From a virus, in the IMG/VR virus record IMGVR_UViG_3300036985_002246, positions 135,476 to 199,475 of that record: 64,000 bases of DNA; one strand, given 5' to 3'. This document shows, one piece after another, positions 42,736 through 52,077 of this stretch. The position numbers and the translations under genes are program-made. Each line of letters opens with the position of its first letter. The stretch's first letter is position 1. The notes beneath the pieces are model-generated. The model had not been told where the DNA came from, did no database searches, and was given only the letters and a program-made list of their open reading frames with translations.

Positions 42736-45700
42736 ATGCCGACACTTCTTCAGGGCGGATATGCACCGCCGGGCGTCTACACCCAGACCTTCTTCGGCGT
42801 CCCCCCGACCCCGACCCCGATTCCCGACCGCCTGCCTGTCTTCATTGGCACGGGTATCGAGATCCTCTCCCGCTCGAACCTCCCCGTCGTCCGTGGCTCC
42901 TCCAGCACGATCGACCAGCAGGTCGTGGACGAGGACGAGTCCGGTCGCGCCGTCGTGAACGTCTCGCCGAGTGGTGTCGTCACCCTCGGGGACTTCGACG
43001 GGTCGCTCACGAAGTTCCAGGTCCGCAATCTCCCGATCGTCTCGGGTGACGGAACGGGCACCCCGGCGGTGGACACGAGCGCCGTCTCGTGCCGGATCAA
43101 CGGCTTCCCCGTCGTCGTCCTCGGGCTCGACGCCGCGAAGGGCCTCGTCGAGATCGCGGTCGCCCCGGCTGCCACGGACATTGTCCGCTGCACCTACTAC
43201 TTCGACCGCTCGGACACCCTGACGACCGACAACGTGTCGGACCAGGTCACCCAGGACGCCGCCGTCCTCGACGGCCAGGCTGGGCAGAACTTCGCGTTCT
43301 CGGCTGGCGCGAACGACGTTTTCTCAATCTCGGTGGACGGCCTCGCGTTCGTGAACGTCACCATGCCCTCGTCGGCTCCCTCGGTGAGCGGCGCAGTGGT
43401 GGCAGCGACGATCAACGGCGCAGCCGGTATCGGCTCGCTCGTCGCCACGACCTACGTCAACAACCTCGGCCAGGTCTGCCTCCGCCTCTCGGCGGACAAG
43501 TCGATCGTGATCGGGACCGGGACCTCGAACACGACCCTCGGGTTCACGCCGAACACGGCGACCTCCCGCAATCGGATCTTCTACACGTTCCAGGGTCCGA
43601 TCGTGGACGGCACGGGCGGCGGTATCACGACCACGGACCCCTCGCGGATCGTCGTCCTCGTGGACGGTGTCCAGGTCATTCCGACGGCGGTCAACGGCTC
43701 GGCTCGGAGCTTCACGCTCCCGTTCGCTCCGGCCATGGGCTCCACGGTCACGGTCAGGTACTTCTTCAACACCTGGCAGGACACGTTCGACTACCTCGCC
43801 AACATTGGCGTCACCTCGATCTCTCGGGTCGCACTGACCCCGGACGGCTCGACGGCGGGCACGTTCATTCAGGGCGTCAGCTACGTCCTGAAGGACGACG
43901 TGATCGTGTGGGGAACGGCGGCCCTGATCTCGGCTGCCACTCACACGGAGGGCGGGGCGACGCTCGGCAACTCGCAGATCCAGGCCATGCTCGTGGACAA
44001 CCAGGTCTTCCTGGCCCCCTGCTCGCCGACGGTGAACAACACTGGGGTCGTCTCGGTCGAGAGCCGCACGGTGTTCCAGCTTCCGTACCAGCCCACGACG
44101 GGCAACGGTCGCGGCAACCCGCTCGGCTCGGCGCTCTACCAGACGGTGTCCAACGGACGGATCGACCTTCCGACGACCCGCCCCGACCTGATCACGGCGT
44201 ACTGGGGCTTCGGCGTTCAGGACGCGATCAACCGTGGCTCGGTCACGGTCCTCAAGGTGGACAGCACGACCTCGCAGATCACGCTCGGCACGAGCGTCCC
44301 TGAGGGTGCCTCGGTCTACGCGAGCTTCTACTACAACACGCTCGTGGACATGGCGAACATTGGCTCCAGCCACGCCTACACGCTGACGTGCGTGACGGCG
44401 GGTCCGGGCGGCCTCGGCACCTACTCGCTCACCAACGGCTCGGGAACCTCCCTCTTCGGAGTGAGCCTCACGGGCAAGGGCACCGACCTCACGACCGTCG
44501 AGATCGTGTTCCCGAGCGGCTCGGAGTTCTTCCCTGACGCACGGGTCGAGGGTGCTGTCCCGGTCGAGGAGACCGCCACGATCGAGTTCGCCACGTCGGA
44601 CGTGACACCGGCTCGGTTCACGAACCTCGGACCTGGCCCCTACTACACGATCGACAACGTCTCGGACCACCTCCGGGTGACCTTCGACGGTGTCGCGGCC
44701 AACACGGGCCTCGCTGCCGGTGTGGACCTCTCCTCGCCCACAGGTGGGACTCGCGCTGGCGCGTTCGCCCACCTCCTCGGTGAGGAGATCAAGTACACGG
44801 CGGCTTCGGGCGAGACGACCTACGACCTCACCTCGGGTGTGGACGACGCACTCAATCTCCTCGTGGACGGCGTGCCTCTGGCAGCGACGACCGGCACGGT
44901 CGCTGGTGCCACGGCAGCTACGTTCGTCTCGGCGATCAACGCAGCGGCGGTCGCGGTGGGCAACGAGCCCTACCTCAGCAGCGCGGGTGCCTTCACCGGG
45001 TACACGGTCGCTCTCAACGAGTACGACCAACTCACGCTCCACTACACCGGAGGCACGAGCGGTGCGTCCGGCAACCAGGTGATCACCCTCACCCCTGGTC
45101 TGTACGTCTCGGTCGGGGCGCTCGTCACCCAGATCAACACCCAACTCGCGACGGTCAACGCCACGGGCGGCCTCCTCGGCTCGGTCACGGCTTCGGCGCT
45201 CGCGTCGGGTCAGATCCGGTTCACGCTCACCCTCGGGAAGGCCAGTGACCTTCTGACCTTCGGCGGGATCCCGCTTGCGGCAGAGACGGTCACGATCGAC
45301 GGCGTGGTCTACACGTTCGTCGCGGTGCCTGCCCTGCCGGGCGACGTGTTGATCGGCCTCTCGGCAACGGCCTCGCTCCAGAACCTCGTCGCAGCGATCA
45401 CGCTCGGTGCGGGTGCAGGCACGCTCTACGGAACGGGCACGACGCTCCACCCGACGGTGACGGCGGCCATGGGTGTCGGCGCAACCATGCTGGCGACGGC
45501 AAAGCTCAGCGGGATCGCTGGGAACCTGATCGCAGTCGCCTCGGGCGTCACGCTCGGAGTGTGGGCCACCCCGACGCTCCTCGGCGGTGACGACGCGGGC
45601 TACCTGGAGTTCGTGACGAACGCGGCTCCGGCTCGGGACTTCGCAATCCTGGCGGGGATCGACACGGACGCGGCAACGAACGGCAATCAGACCAAGCTCT

Positions 45701-48042
45701 ACAACGGTCCGATCGCTCGTCGCTACACGGTGGCCACCACCTCGGGTCGTCTCCCCTACGACCGGATCATGCTCCGCAACCGAATCTTCCCCGGCGGGAA
45801 CTCGGTGTCCTACGCCTCGGTCCTTCCGCAGACGGGGATCACCCTCCAGGGTGGCACCGGAGCGGTGAAGGCTGGTCTTCTCAACGGCGAGACGGCTGAG
45901 GCGGTCTTCGGGGCGAACGTGAAGGCCCCGACGCTGGTCGCCTACACCGGGTGGACGGACGGTCAGGTCGCCGCTGCAACCTTCGGCGACGCCCGCGACG
46001 GCCAGGCGAACGTGATCTTCTTCGACGGGACGGACCCGTCGAACCCCGCGAACAACCTCCTGACCTTCACGGCAGGCGGCGGGCTCGTCACCGTGGTCTT
46101 CACGGCCTCGGCTCTTGGCACGAGCACAGCCCTTGGGCCGGTGACGGTCGCGGGCTCAGTGCTCGGTCAGATCAACGCCGCGATCGTGGCGGCTGGCCTC
46201 GCTTCGACCGTCCAGGTTCTCCAGGAGGGCTCCGCTATCCGGCTCGTCGGCGGCGGTGTCGGCCCGGCTGCAACCCTGGTGATCGGAGCGGGTAGCTCGA
46301 ACAACACCCTCGGCTTCGCTGAGGGCGACTCGGCGGCCCCGGTCCCCGTCTCCACCCGCCAGTTCGTGTCGGCTCTCATGGCCCACTCCCAGGCGGCTGG
46401 TGCGTTCACGACGGCCATGCTCGCCTACGCGGCACCCAACGTGTTCTTTTTCGCAGGTCGGGCACTCGCCGGTCTCCAGAAGGACTCGACGGGCAACGTC
46501 TTCCTGTACTTCCAGAGCCTGACGCTCGGAGTCGGGTCGAGTATCGACTTCAACAACGCCACCTCGCTCAATGCTCTCGTGACCGGGACCATGCTCCTGA
46601 TCACGGCGGCGGACGGGTCGTCCGGCGAGGCTGCGATCAGCGGCTTCTTCGTCACCTCCTCGAACCCCGGCCTCGGCTCGGGCTCGTCGAACACCTCGGT
46701 GTTCAACTCGGGTGTCGGCCAGGACGGTGTGGTCGGTCAGACCTACGTGGACGACGTGACGGGCCTGACCTTCACGATCCTCCCACGCACGGGCGGGCTC
46801 GCCTACCCGACGGGCGCGAACGCGACCCTCACCTTCCGGGTGAGCAAGACGTTCACGACCGACGGCAACATTCCGACCCTCGCCGTCCCCGGCCTCGAAC
46901 TCACGGTCACGAACACCTCCTCGGTGTTCGTGGGTGACTCGGCGTTCGTGGAGACCTTCAAGAAGACCGGGTCGGAGCCCACGAACGGCGAGGTCTACTA
47001 CGTCAGCTACAGCTACATGAAGCAGGACTTCACCCCGAAGTTCTTCTCGCGGCTGTCGGAGGTCGTGGCGGAGTACGGACCGGTGAGCCCGGACAACCCG
47101 CTCTCGCTCGCGGCGTACCTGGCCTTCCAGAACGGCTCGTCGATCATTGCGACCTACCAGGTGCTCAAGCAGCCTGGTTCGTCCCAGGCGAGCGAGCAGT
47201 CGTACCTCGACGCCCTCACAGCCCTGGAGGGTGCGTCCCTCCCCGGCAATATCTCGCCGACGGTCCTCGTGTTCCTGACCCCGGCGACGTACAACCTGGC
47301 GAAGTTCACCGCGATCCACTGCGACGTGCAGTCCTCGATCCGCTACCGGTCGGAGCGCACCGCAATCTTCGGCTACGCCTCGGGCACTCAGCCGTCGCAG
47401 GCTGGTGCGCTCGCGGAGTCGGTCGGCGCAACGCGAGTTCGCTTCGTCTACCCAGACATTGCGACGCTCACCCTCACCGACGTTCTCGGCACGTCCAAGA
47501 CGTACCTCGTGGACGGTCGGTACGTCGCAGGGGCTGTCGCCTCTTCGACCACCGCCCCGAGTATCGACTCGGCAACCCCGTGGACGGGTCGGCTGCTCAG
47601 CGGCTTCACGAGCCTCGCCCGGACGCTCGACGCAGTGGAGGCCAACCAGGTCGCCTCGCGTGGTGTGACCGTGATCGAGGAGCGGCTCCCCTACATGAGG
47701 ATCCGCCACGGCCTCACCTCCGACATGAGCAACACGCTCACCAAGCTGCCGACGGTCATTCAGATCGCCGACGATATGCAGCGTCGCGCTCGTGCGGTCC
47801 TCGACCAGTTCGTCGGGGTCAAGTTCCTCCCGCAGATCCTCGGGCAGATCGAGGGCCAACTCAGCGAAATGTTCAAGCGCGCTGTGCAGGGCCAGATCAT
47901 CACGAGCTTCACCGGAGTCTCCGTGGTGCTCGACCCCGCCGACCCCACGGCAGTCCTCGTCGAGGCGTTCTACATTCCCGTCTTCCCGCTGCTCTACATT
48001 CAGTTGACCTTCCGCGTCTCGGCGCAGTCGGCGACGGTCTGA
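42736..48042 (+). CDS. Contractile tail sheath protein, unusually large (1768 aa)
   Basis: N-terminal PGVY motif; C-terminal IRHGLT...VEAFYIPVFPLLYIQLTF sheath signature; followed by the tube gene. Confidence 0.92.
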   Translation: MPTLLQGGYAPPGVYTQTFFGVPPTPTPIPDRLPVFIGTGIEILSRSNLPVVRGSSSTIDQQVVDEDESGRAVVNVSPSGVVTLGDFDGSLTKFQVRNLPIVSGDGTGTPAVDTSAVSCRINGFPVVVLGLDAAKGLVEIAVAPAATDIVRCTYYFDRSDTLTTDNVSDQVTQDAAVLDGQAGQNFAFSAGANDVFSISVDGLAFVNVTMPSSAPSVSGAVVAATINGAAGIGSLVATTYVNNLGQVCLRLSADKSIVIGTGTSNTTLGFTPNTATSRNRIFYTFQGPIVDGTGGGITTTDPSRIVVLVDGVQVIPTAVNGSARSFTLPFAPAMGSTVTVRYFFNTWQDTFDYLANIGVTSISRVALTPDGSTAGTFIQGVSYVLKDDVIVWGTAALISAATHTEGGATLGNSQIQAMLVDNQVFLAPCSPTVNNTGVVSVESRTVFQLPYQPTTGNGRGNPLGSALYQTVSNGRIDLPTTRPDLITAYWGFGVQDAINRGSVTVLKVDSTTSQITLGTSVPEGASVYASFYYNTLVDMANIGSSHAYTLTCVTAGPGGLGTYSLTNGSGTSLFGVSLTGKGTDLTTVEIVFPSGSEFFPDARVEGAVPVEETATIEFATSDVTPARFTNLGPGPYYTIDNVSDHLRVTFDGVAANTGLAAGVDLSSPTGGTRAGAFAHLLGEEIKYTAASGETTYDLTSGVDDALNLLVDGVPLAATTGTVAGATAATFVSAINAAAVAVGNEPYLSSAGAFTGYTVALNEYDQLTLHYTGGTSGASGNQVITLTPGLYVSVGALVTQINTQLATVNATGGLLGSVTASALASGQIRFTLTLGKASDLLTFGGIPLAAETVTIDGVVYTFVAVPALPGDVLIGLSATASLQNLVAAITLGAGAGTLYGTGTTLHPTVTAAMGVGATMLATAKLSGIAGNLIAVASGVTLGVWATPTLLGGDDAGYLEFVTNAAPARDFAILAGIDTDAATNGNQTKLYNGPIARRYTVATTSGRLPYDRIMLRNRIFPGGNSVSYASVLPQTGITLQGGTGAVKAGLLNGETAEAVFGANVKAPTLVAYTGWTDGQVAAATFGDARDGQANVIFFDGTDPSNPANNLLTFTAGGGLVTVVFTASALGTSTALGPVTVAGSVLGQINAAIVAAGLASTVQVLQEGSAIRLVGGGVGPAATLVIGAGSSNNTLGFAEGDSAAPVPVSTRQFVSALMAHSQAAGAFTTAMLAYAAPNVFFFAGRALAGLQKDSTGNVFLYFQSLTLGVGSSIDFNNATSLNALVTGTMLLITAADGSSGEAAISGFFVTSSNPGLGSGSSNTSVFNSGVGQDGVVGQTYVDDVTGLTFTILPRTGGLAYPTGANATLTFRVSKTFTTDGNIPTLAVPGLELTVTNTSSVFVGDSAFVETFKKTGSEPTNGEVYYVSYSYMKQDFTPKFFSRLSEVVAEYGPVSPDNPLSLAAYLAFQNGSSIIATYQVLKQPGSSQASEQSYLDALTALEGASLPGNISPTVLVFLTPATYNLAKFTAIHCDVQSSIRYRSERTAIFGYASGTQPSQAGALAESVGATRVRFVYPDIATLTLTDVLGTSKTYLVDGRYVAGAVASSTTAPSIDSATPWTGRLLSGFTSLARTLDAVEANQVASRGVTVIEERLPYMRIRHGLTSDMSNTLTKLPTVIQIADDMQRRARAVLDQFVGVKFLPQILGQIEGQLSEMFKRAVQGQIITSFTGVSVVLDPADPTAVLVEAFYIPVFPLLYIQLTFRVSAQSATV

Positions 48043-48049
48043 ACGGGCC

Positions 48050-48550
48050 ATGGACGACTCGAAGCTCGGCGGTTCGGACGGTAACTACATGACGAAGCAG
48101 AACCTCTGGGTTCTGCATGAGACAAGTAGCCTGCTCAACGAACTGATCCCTGAGGGTGAGCCGCTGCCCGATTGGGTCGAGGCTCATATCAACTCCGCCG
48201 CCACGCATATGCAGGACGTGGCGGCGTGGGCGGCCTCCGAAGCCAAGCTCAGTATCAAGACCTCTGGGTACGGGCGTGGCTACGGTCAGGTGCTTCGAGG
48301 CGACCCTCGGTGGCTCACGGCGAAGTACCCTGGCACCGACTCCAAGGGCAACCCCTTCAAGAAGGGGGAGGAAGTGCTCTACTGGCCCTCGACCAAGACC
48401 TTCATGACTGGAAAGGACGCCCAGGACGCCTGGCGCAAGTTCCAATCCGAGAAGGGCGACGAAGAGGGCAACCCCTACGCTCGAAGTGCCTCCAGGGTCG
48501 CCTCCAAGTACCTGGGCACCCGTTTCCGCCCCTATAGCCCGCCACGGTAA
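48050..48550 (+). CDS. Two-module small protein between sheath and tube
   Basis: LPDWVEAHINSA module, GDPRWLTAKY module, SRVASKYL motif. Confidence 0.75.
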   Translation: MDDSKLGGSDGNYMTKQNLWVLHETSSLLNELIPEGEPLPDWVEAHINSAATHMQDVAAWAASEAKLSIKTSGYGRGYGQVLRGDPRWLTAKYPGTDSKGNPFKKGEEVLYWPSTKTFMTGKDAQDAWRKFQSEKGDEEGNPYARSASRVASKYLGTRFRPYSPPR

Positions 48551-48577
48551 GGACGGCCCTCGTCCCCACGGAGATCC

Positions 48578-49390
48578 ATGTCCAACACCGACATCAACCC
48601 ATCGAATGGCGTACAAGGTAGCTCCTACCTCTACGACTTCGGGACGAGCCCGAACACACGGGTTGCCGTCTCCCAGAAGGTCCGACTCCTCGCCCCGGCC
48701 TACGGCTCGGGGACGAAGGCTCTGTTCCAAATGGGCGTCGTCTCCTCGTTCAGCCCGAGCCAGAGCCGGAGCGTCGAGCCCGTTCGTGGTATCGGCTACG
48801 GCGACATGATCGCGGAACTCGTTCCGTCGGTCACGGAGCCCGTCACCGGCTCGATCGAGCGCGCCCTCCTGTACCTCGCGAACCTCTGGCAGGCGACGGG
48901 CTACTCGGGCGGCGTGGACGGCCCGGTCCGTTCGCTCGCCCACCACAGGTGGCCCTTCGACATTGAGCACCAGTTGGTGTTCTCGACCCTCGCTGACTCG
49001 GACCTCGGGTTCGCCAACACGGGTCACTCGGGAGCAGAGCGGAACTTCGGCGGCGGCGTCCAGAAGGTCAGCTTCCCCCAGGTCAGCGTCCCGACCCCGG
49101 CTCCGCCGACCTACGGTGCAAACCAGGGGCACTCGGCGATCATCACCATGTACGAGGCGTGCTGGTTCACGTCCTGGTCGGCGACCTACACGCAGGACGC
49201 CGGGCAGATCATGGAGTCCGGCGACGTGAGCGTCTCGGACGTTCACGACTTCTCCTCGCTCTACGGGGAGTTCCTCCCGACCGGCAACGACCCCTCGGTG
49301 GACCAGCTTGGTTCGATCCGCTACGGCGGCTCGGCTGAGATCGGAACACTGACGGGCGCTGGCGCAGTCGGCGGCACGGGTATCCGCTGA
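48578..49390 (+). CDS. Tail tube protein
   Basis: GVVSSFSPSQSRSVEPVRGIG...ELVP...YEACWFTSWS...IMESGDV; follows the sheath. Confidence 0.85.
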   Translation: MSNTDINPSNGVQGSSYLYDFGTSPNTRVAVSQKVRLLAPAYGSGTKALFQMGVVSSFSPSQSRSVEPVRGIGYGDMIAELVPSVTEPVTGSIERALLYLANLWQATGYSGGVDGPVRSLAHHRWPFDIEHQLVFSTLADSDLGFANTGHSGAERNFGGGVQKVSFPQVSVPTPAPPTYGANQGHSAIITMYEACWFTSWSATYTQDAGQIMESGDVSVSDVHDFSSLYGEFLPTGNDPSVDQLGSIRYGGSAEIGTLTGAGAVGGTGIR

Positions 49391-49415
49391 GCCTAGGCTC
49401 AGGTCTGCGGTAGAG

Positions 49416-49449
49416 TACGGGGAGCCTGCGGGAACGCAGGCTCCCCGTA
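49416..49449 (+). terminator. 15-bp perfect hairpin with GGAA tetraloop
   Basis: TACGGGGAGCCTGCG-GGAA-CGCAGGCTCCCCGTA after the tube gene. Confidence 0.7.
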
Positions 49450-49469
49450 TCCGTTTCAGGAGCAAACCT

Positions 49470-50738
49470 GTGGCTCTCACTCTCCAAGATCTCAAGGCGG
49501 CAATGGCCCCTCTTGCCTTGATTGGCAAGGGCGAACTGACCTTCGAGGTCAATGGGACGAAGATCTCCCTTCGAGCCCTGACCCCGGAAGAAGAGATCCA
49601 GGTGCAGCGGTTTTCCCGGTCGGTCCTGGGTGAGGGCGACCTCACTGACCAGAGCAATGCCCTGGAGTACCTCGACAGGTTCAGGATCGGCTCGCTCGGC
49701 TACAGTATCGTCCAGGTCGGCGACCTCGACTTCCGTAACGTGGAGTTCGTCGAGACTGGGGAGAAGCTCGCGAGCGGGGTTGCAATCAAGGTCAAGCGCC
49801 ACGAGGCGATCCAGCAACTCGTGAGCACCTGGTCGCGGAACATGACCGTCGCCGTCTTCAAGAAGTTCGGCGAACTCATGAACCAGGTCGAGAAGGAAGT
49901 CGAAGGGCTGATCGAGTTTGAGTCCGTCGATTTCGACGGTGAGATCGCCCGGCTCGAAGAGCGGATCCGGGAACTCAAGGAGGACAAGGCCCGCCTCACC
50001 CTGTCAGAGGCTGACCCCCGGACCAATCTCCGGCAGCAGGTCGCTGTCTCCGGCAAGTCGTTCCGACGCCCGGAGGCTGGGAGCACAGCAGCCGCTGCGG
50101 GGTCAACCGACTCGCCCCAAGAGCAGCAGAACACGGCCCAAGAGGCCGAGACCGTCACGGTCCCCTCCGACATTGACCGCGAACTCTCTGAGGACCAGGA
50201 GGAGGAAGAGCAGGCTCAGGAGGAGCCCTCCATGGACCTCCTCGGAGCCCAGGAGGCGGCCCCGCCGGTCGAGAGCCTCCGCAAGTCCGTGCTGGACCGT
50301 GGGGCCGGACGTGTGGCCTCCCCGCTCCCTCTGAGGCCACAGAGCCAAACCCAAGAGGAGCCTCAGGCGGCCCTGGGTGAGGAAGACGCCCCGGAGCCCA
50401 CGGCGGACGACCCGCTCTCGAACGTGGTGTCGTCCATGGTGGACATGGGAGACCCTGAGGCGTCCGAGAAGGCCGTCGAGGCGGAGACGCGGCGGATCAT
50501 GGAAATGCGGGCCAATGCCGCAGCGCGAGGTGTCGTCCGGAAGCCTCCCCATGTCGCAGCGAAGCAAGCGGCTCAAGAGGTCGAGCACCCGATCGCCGCA
50601 GGCACCAAGGACGGCATGGAGGTGTACCGAATGCCCACGCAGACCCTCTCCGACCGGAAGCCCCCCGAGCAGGTCCAGGCTCAACCGGCACGCAGCAACG
50701 TCAACCCCCGCTTCAAGCCGACACGCAGCGGGGGCTGA
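49470..50738 (+). CDS. Putative tail assembly chaperone with acidic low-complexity C-terminus
   Basis: Position between tube and tape measure; ISLRALTPEEE motif; AGGAG SD. Confidence 0.65.
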   Translation: MALTLQDLKAAMAPLALIGKGELTFEVNGTKISLRALTPEEEIQVQRFSRSVLGEGDLTDQSNALEYLDRFRIGSLGYSIVQVGDLDFRNVEFVETGEKLASGVAIKVKRHEAIQQLVSTWSRNMTVAVFKKFGELMNQVEKEVEGLIEFESVDFDGEIARLEERIRELKEDKARLTLSEADPRTNLRQQVAVSGKSFRRPEAGSTAAAAGSTDSPQEQQNTAQEAETVTVPSDIDRELSEDQEEEEQAQEEPSMDLLGAQEAAPPVESLRKSVLDRGAGRVASPLPLRPQSQTQEEPQAALGEEDAPEPTADDPLSNVVSSMVDMGDPEASEKAVEAETRRIMEMRANAAARGVVRKPPHVAAKQAAQEVEHPIAAGTKDGMEVYRMPTQTLSDRKPPEQVQAQPARSNVNPRFKPTRSGG

Positions 50739-50862
50739 CCCCGCTCCGGTGAACCACGCCTGTGCTTCCCTCCACGACCTCTCGACTTCCAAGGTGTCGA
50801 GCTACCTATTTCAGAAGGGCTAGCAGACAAGGTAGCCCCTGTCCAACGGCTCTCCTGAGGGT

Positions 50863-52077
50863 GTGATGCTGCCTAGCACGACCAAGGAGCAGAGGGGTCC
50901 CATGTACGAGGACCTGATTCCTCTGGTCGTACCTGGGTTCCTCACGACGCGCCTTCAGATTGGGGACACCTCCCTCGGTGTCCGCTCTCTGTCCCTGAAC
51001 GACACCAACCACCTCCGCAAGGTAGCTCGTGAGGGTGGCACCGACTGGGCGTTCCACCTGGCGGCAGCCAGCATTTGGATGATCGACGGTGTCTCCCTGC
51101 TGGAGAACTACCCGAACAATCAAATGCCTGCGCTTGTGGCCCTTCGGGGTAGCCACAGGTCCATGGTCCGGCTGGTGTTCACGCAGGCGCTGAGCTTCTT
51201 CCGCCGAATGCGGGACGCCAACCGCGTGTTCGAGGCGTTCCTCTACGAGGACGAGTCCAGGCGGCTCTGGAAGTCCACGAACAACGGGACGCACCCAATC
51301 TGGGCGCAGACGGGAATGCCGGGGCTCGACCGCCTCGGCCTGAACCCGTTCCAATCCTCGTGGATCCAGTGGAACCGCTCGGAGGACGACAGGCTCGACG
51401 ACGACTACCAGTGGAGCCTGACGAAAATGCTCGTGTCGGTGCAGTCCTCGAAGTCGGCCAAGAAGCTCGACGCGAAGGACAAGACCAGGCTCGAAGCAGA
51501 GAAGTCACGCAGGGCAGAGGTCCAGAACCGCGCCTACTACACCTTCAAGGGCGTCCTCGACGAGGAGGGCAAGCGGAAGGAGGACCCAATCCTTCAGGTG
51601 CTCCAGCCCAGGACGGCCCAGGAACTCTCGGAGGAAATGCGCCGCTGGGTCACGGGCGAGAAGGACATTCACGACCTCGTGGTCGAGGACTACAAGAACC
51701 GTATCAAGGTTGAGTACGAGGAGAAGGAGCACGAGGCAGAACTGGCTCTTCAGCAGGCCCAGGCGAGGAAGTTCCGGGAGGAGCAGAGCCTGGGGGTCGC
51801 GAAGCCTCGCATGGTCGGGTACACGGCGGAGGAGCTTGCCAGGCTACGTCCGGCTTCTCAGAAGGCGGGCGCGAAGTTCATCATTGAGGCCAACATGACC
51901 TCCCGGAACTTCAATCGCTACCTGCGGGACAACCCGGACGCTGGCTCCCTCGACGTGGTGGACGGGCGGATCGTCGTGAAGAACCCCTCTATCAGCCCCC
52001 AAGGTGACGAGGAGGCTGCTCCTGCTCCGACTCTCAACGAGTTGATCGCGAACCGGAAGCCCACCCTGAATGGCTAA
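50863..52077 (+). CDS. Second tail assembly / pre-tape-measure protein
   Basis: Position; overlaps the tape measure start. Confidence 0.6.
   Translation: MMLPSTTKEQRGPMYEDLIPLVVPGFLTTRLQIGDTSLGVRSLSLNDTNHLRKVAREGGTDWAFHLAAASIWMIDGVSLLENYPNNQMPALVALRGSHRSMVRLVFTQALSFFRRMRDANRVFEAFLYEDESRRLWKSTNNGTHPIWAQTGMPGLDRLGLNPFQSSWIQWNRSEDDRLDDDYQWSLTKMLVSVQSSKSAKKLDAKDKTRLEAEKSRRAEVQNRAYYTFKGVLDEEGKRKEDPILQVLQPRTAQELSEEMRRWVTGEKDIHDLVVEDYKNRIKVEYEEKEHEAELALQQAQARKFREEQSLGVAKPRMVGYTAEELARLRPASQKAGAKFIIEANMTSRNFNRYLRDNPDAGSLDVVDGRIVVKNPSISPQGDEEAAPAPTLNELIANRKPTLNG

Noticed and set aside
43324-49657. Long minus-strand ORFs (708, 631, 582 aa)
   Set aside because: Shadows of the sheath and tube genes, Arg/Gly-rich with no recognisable domains
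49470-52077. Programmed -1 frameshift joining the two tail chaperones (lambda G/GT type)
   Set aside because: No convincing slippery heptamer seen near the end of 49470..50738, and the ORFs are separated by a 124-nt gap with its own signals
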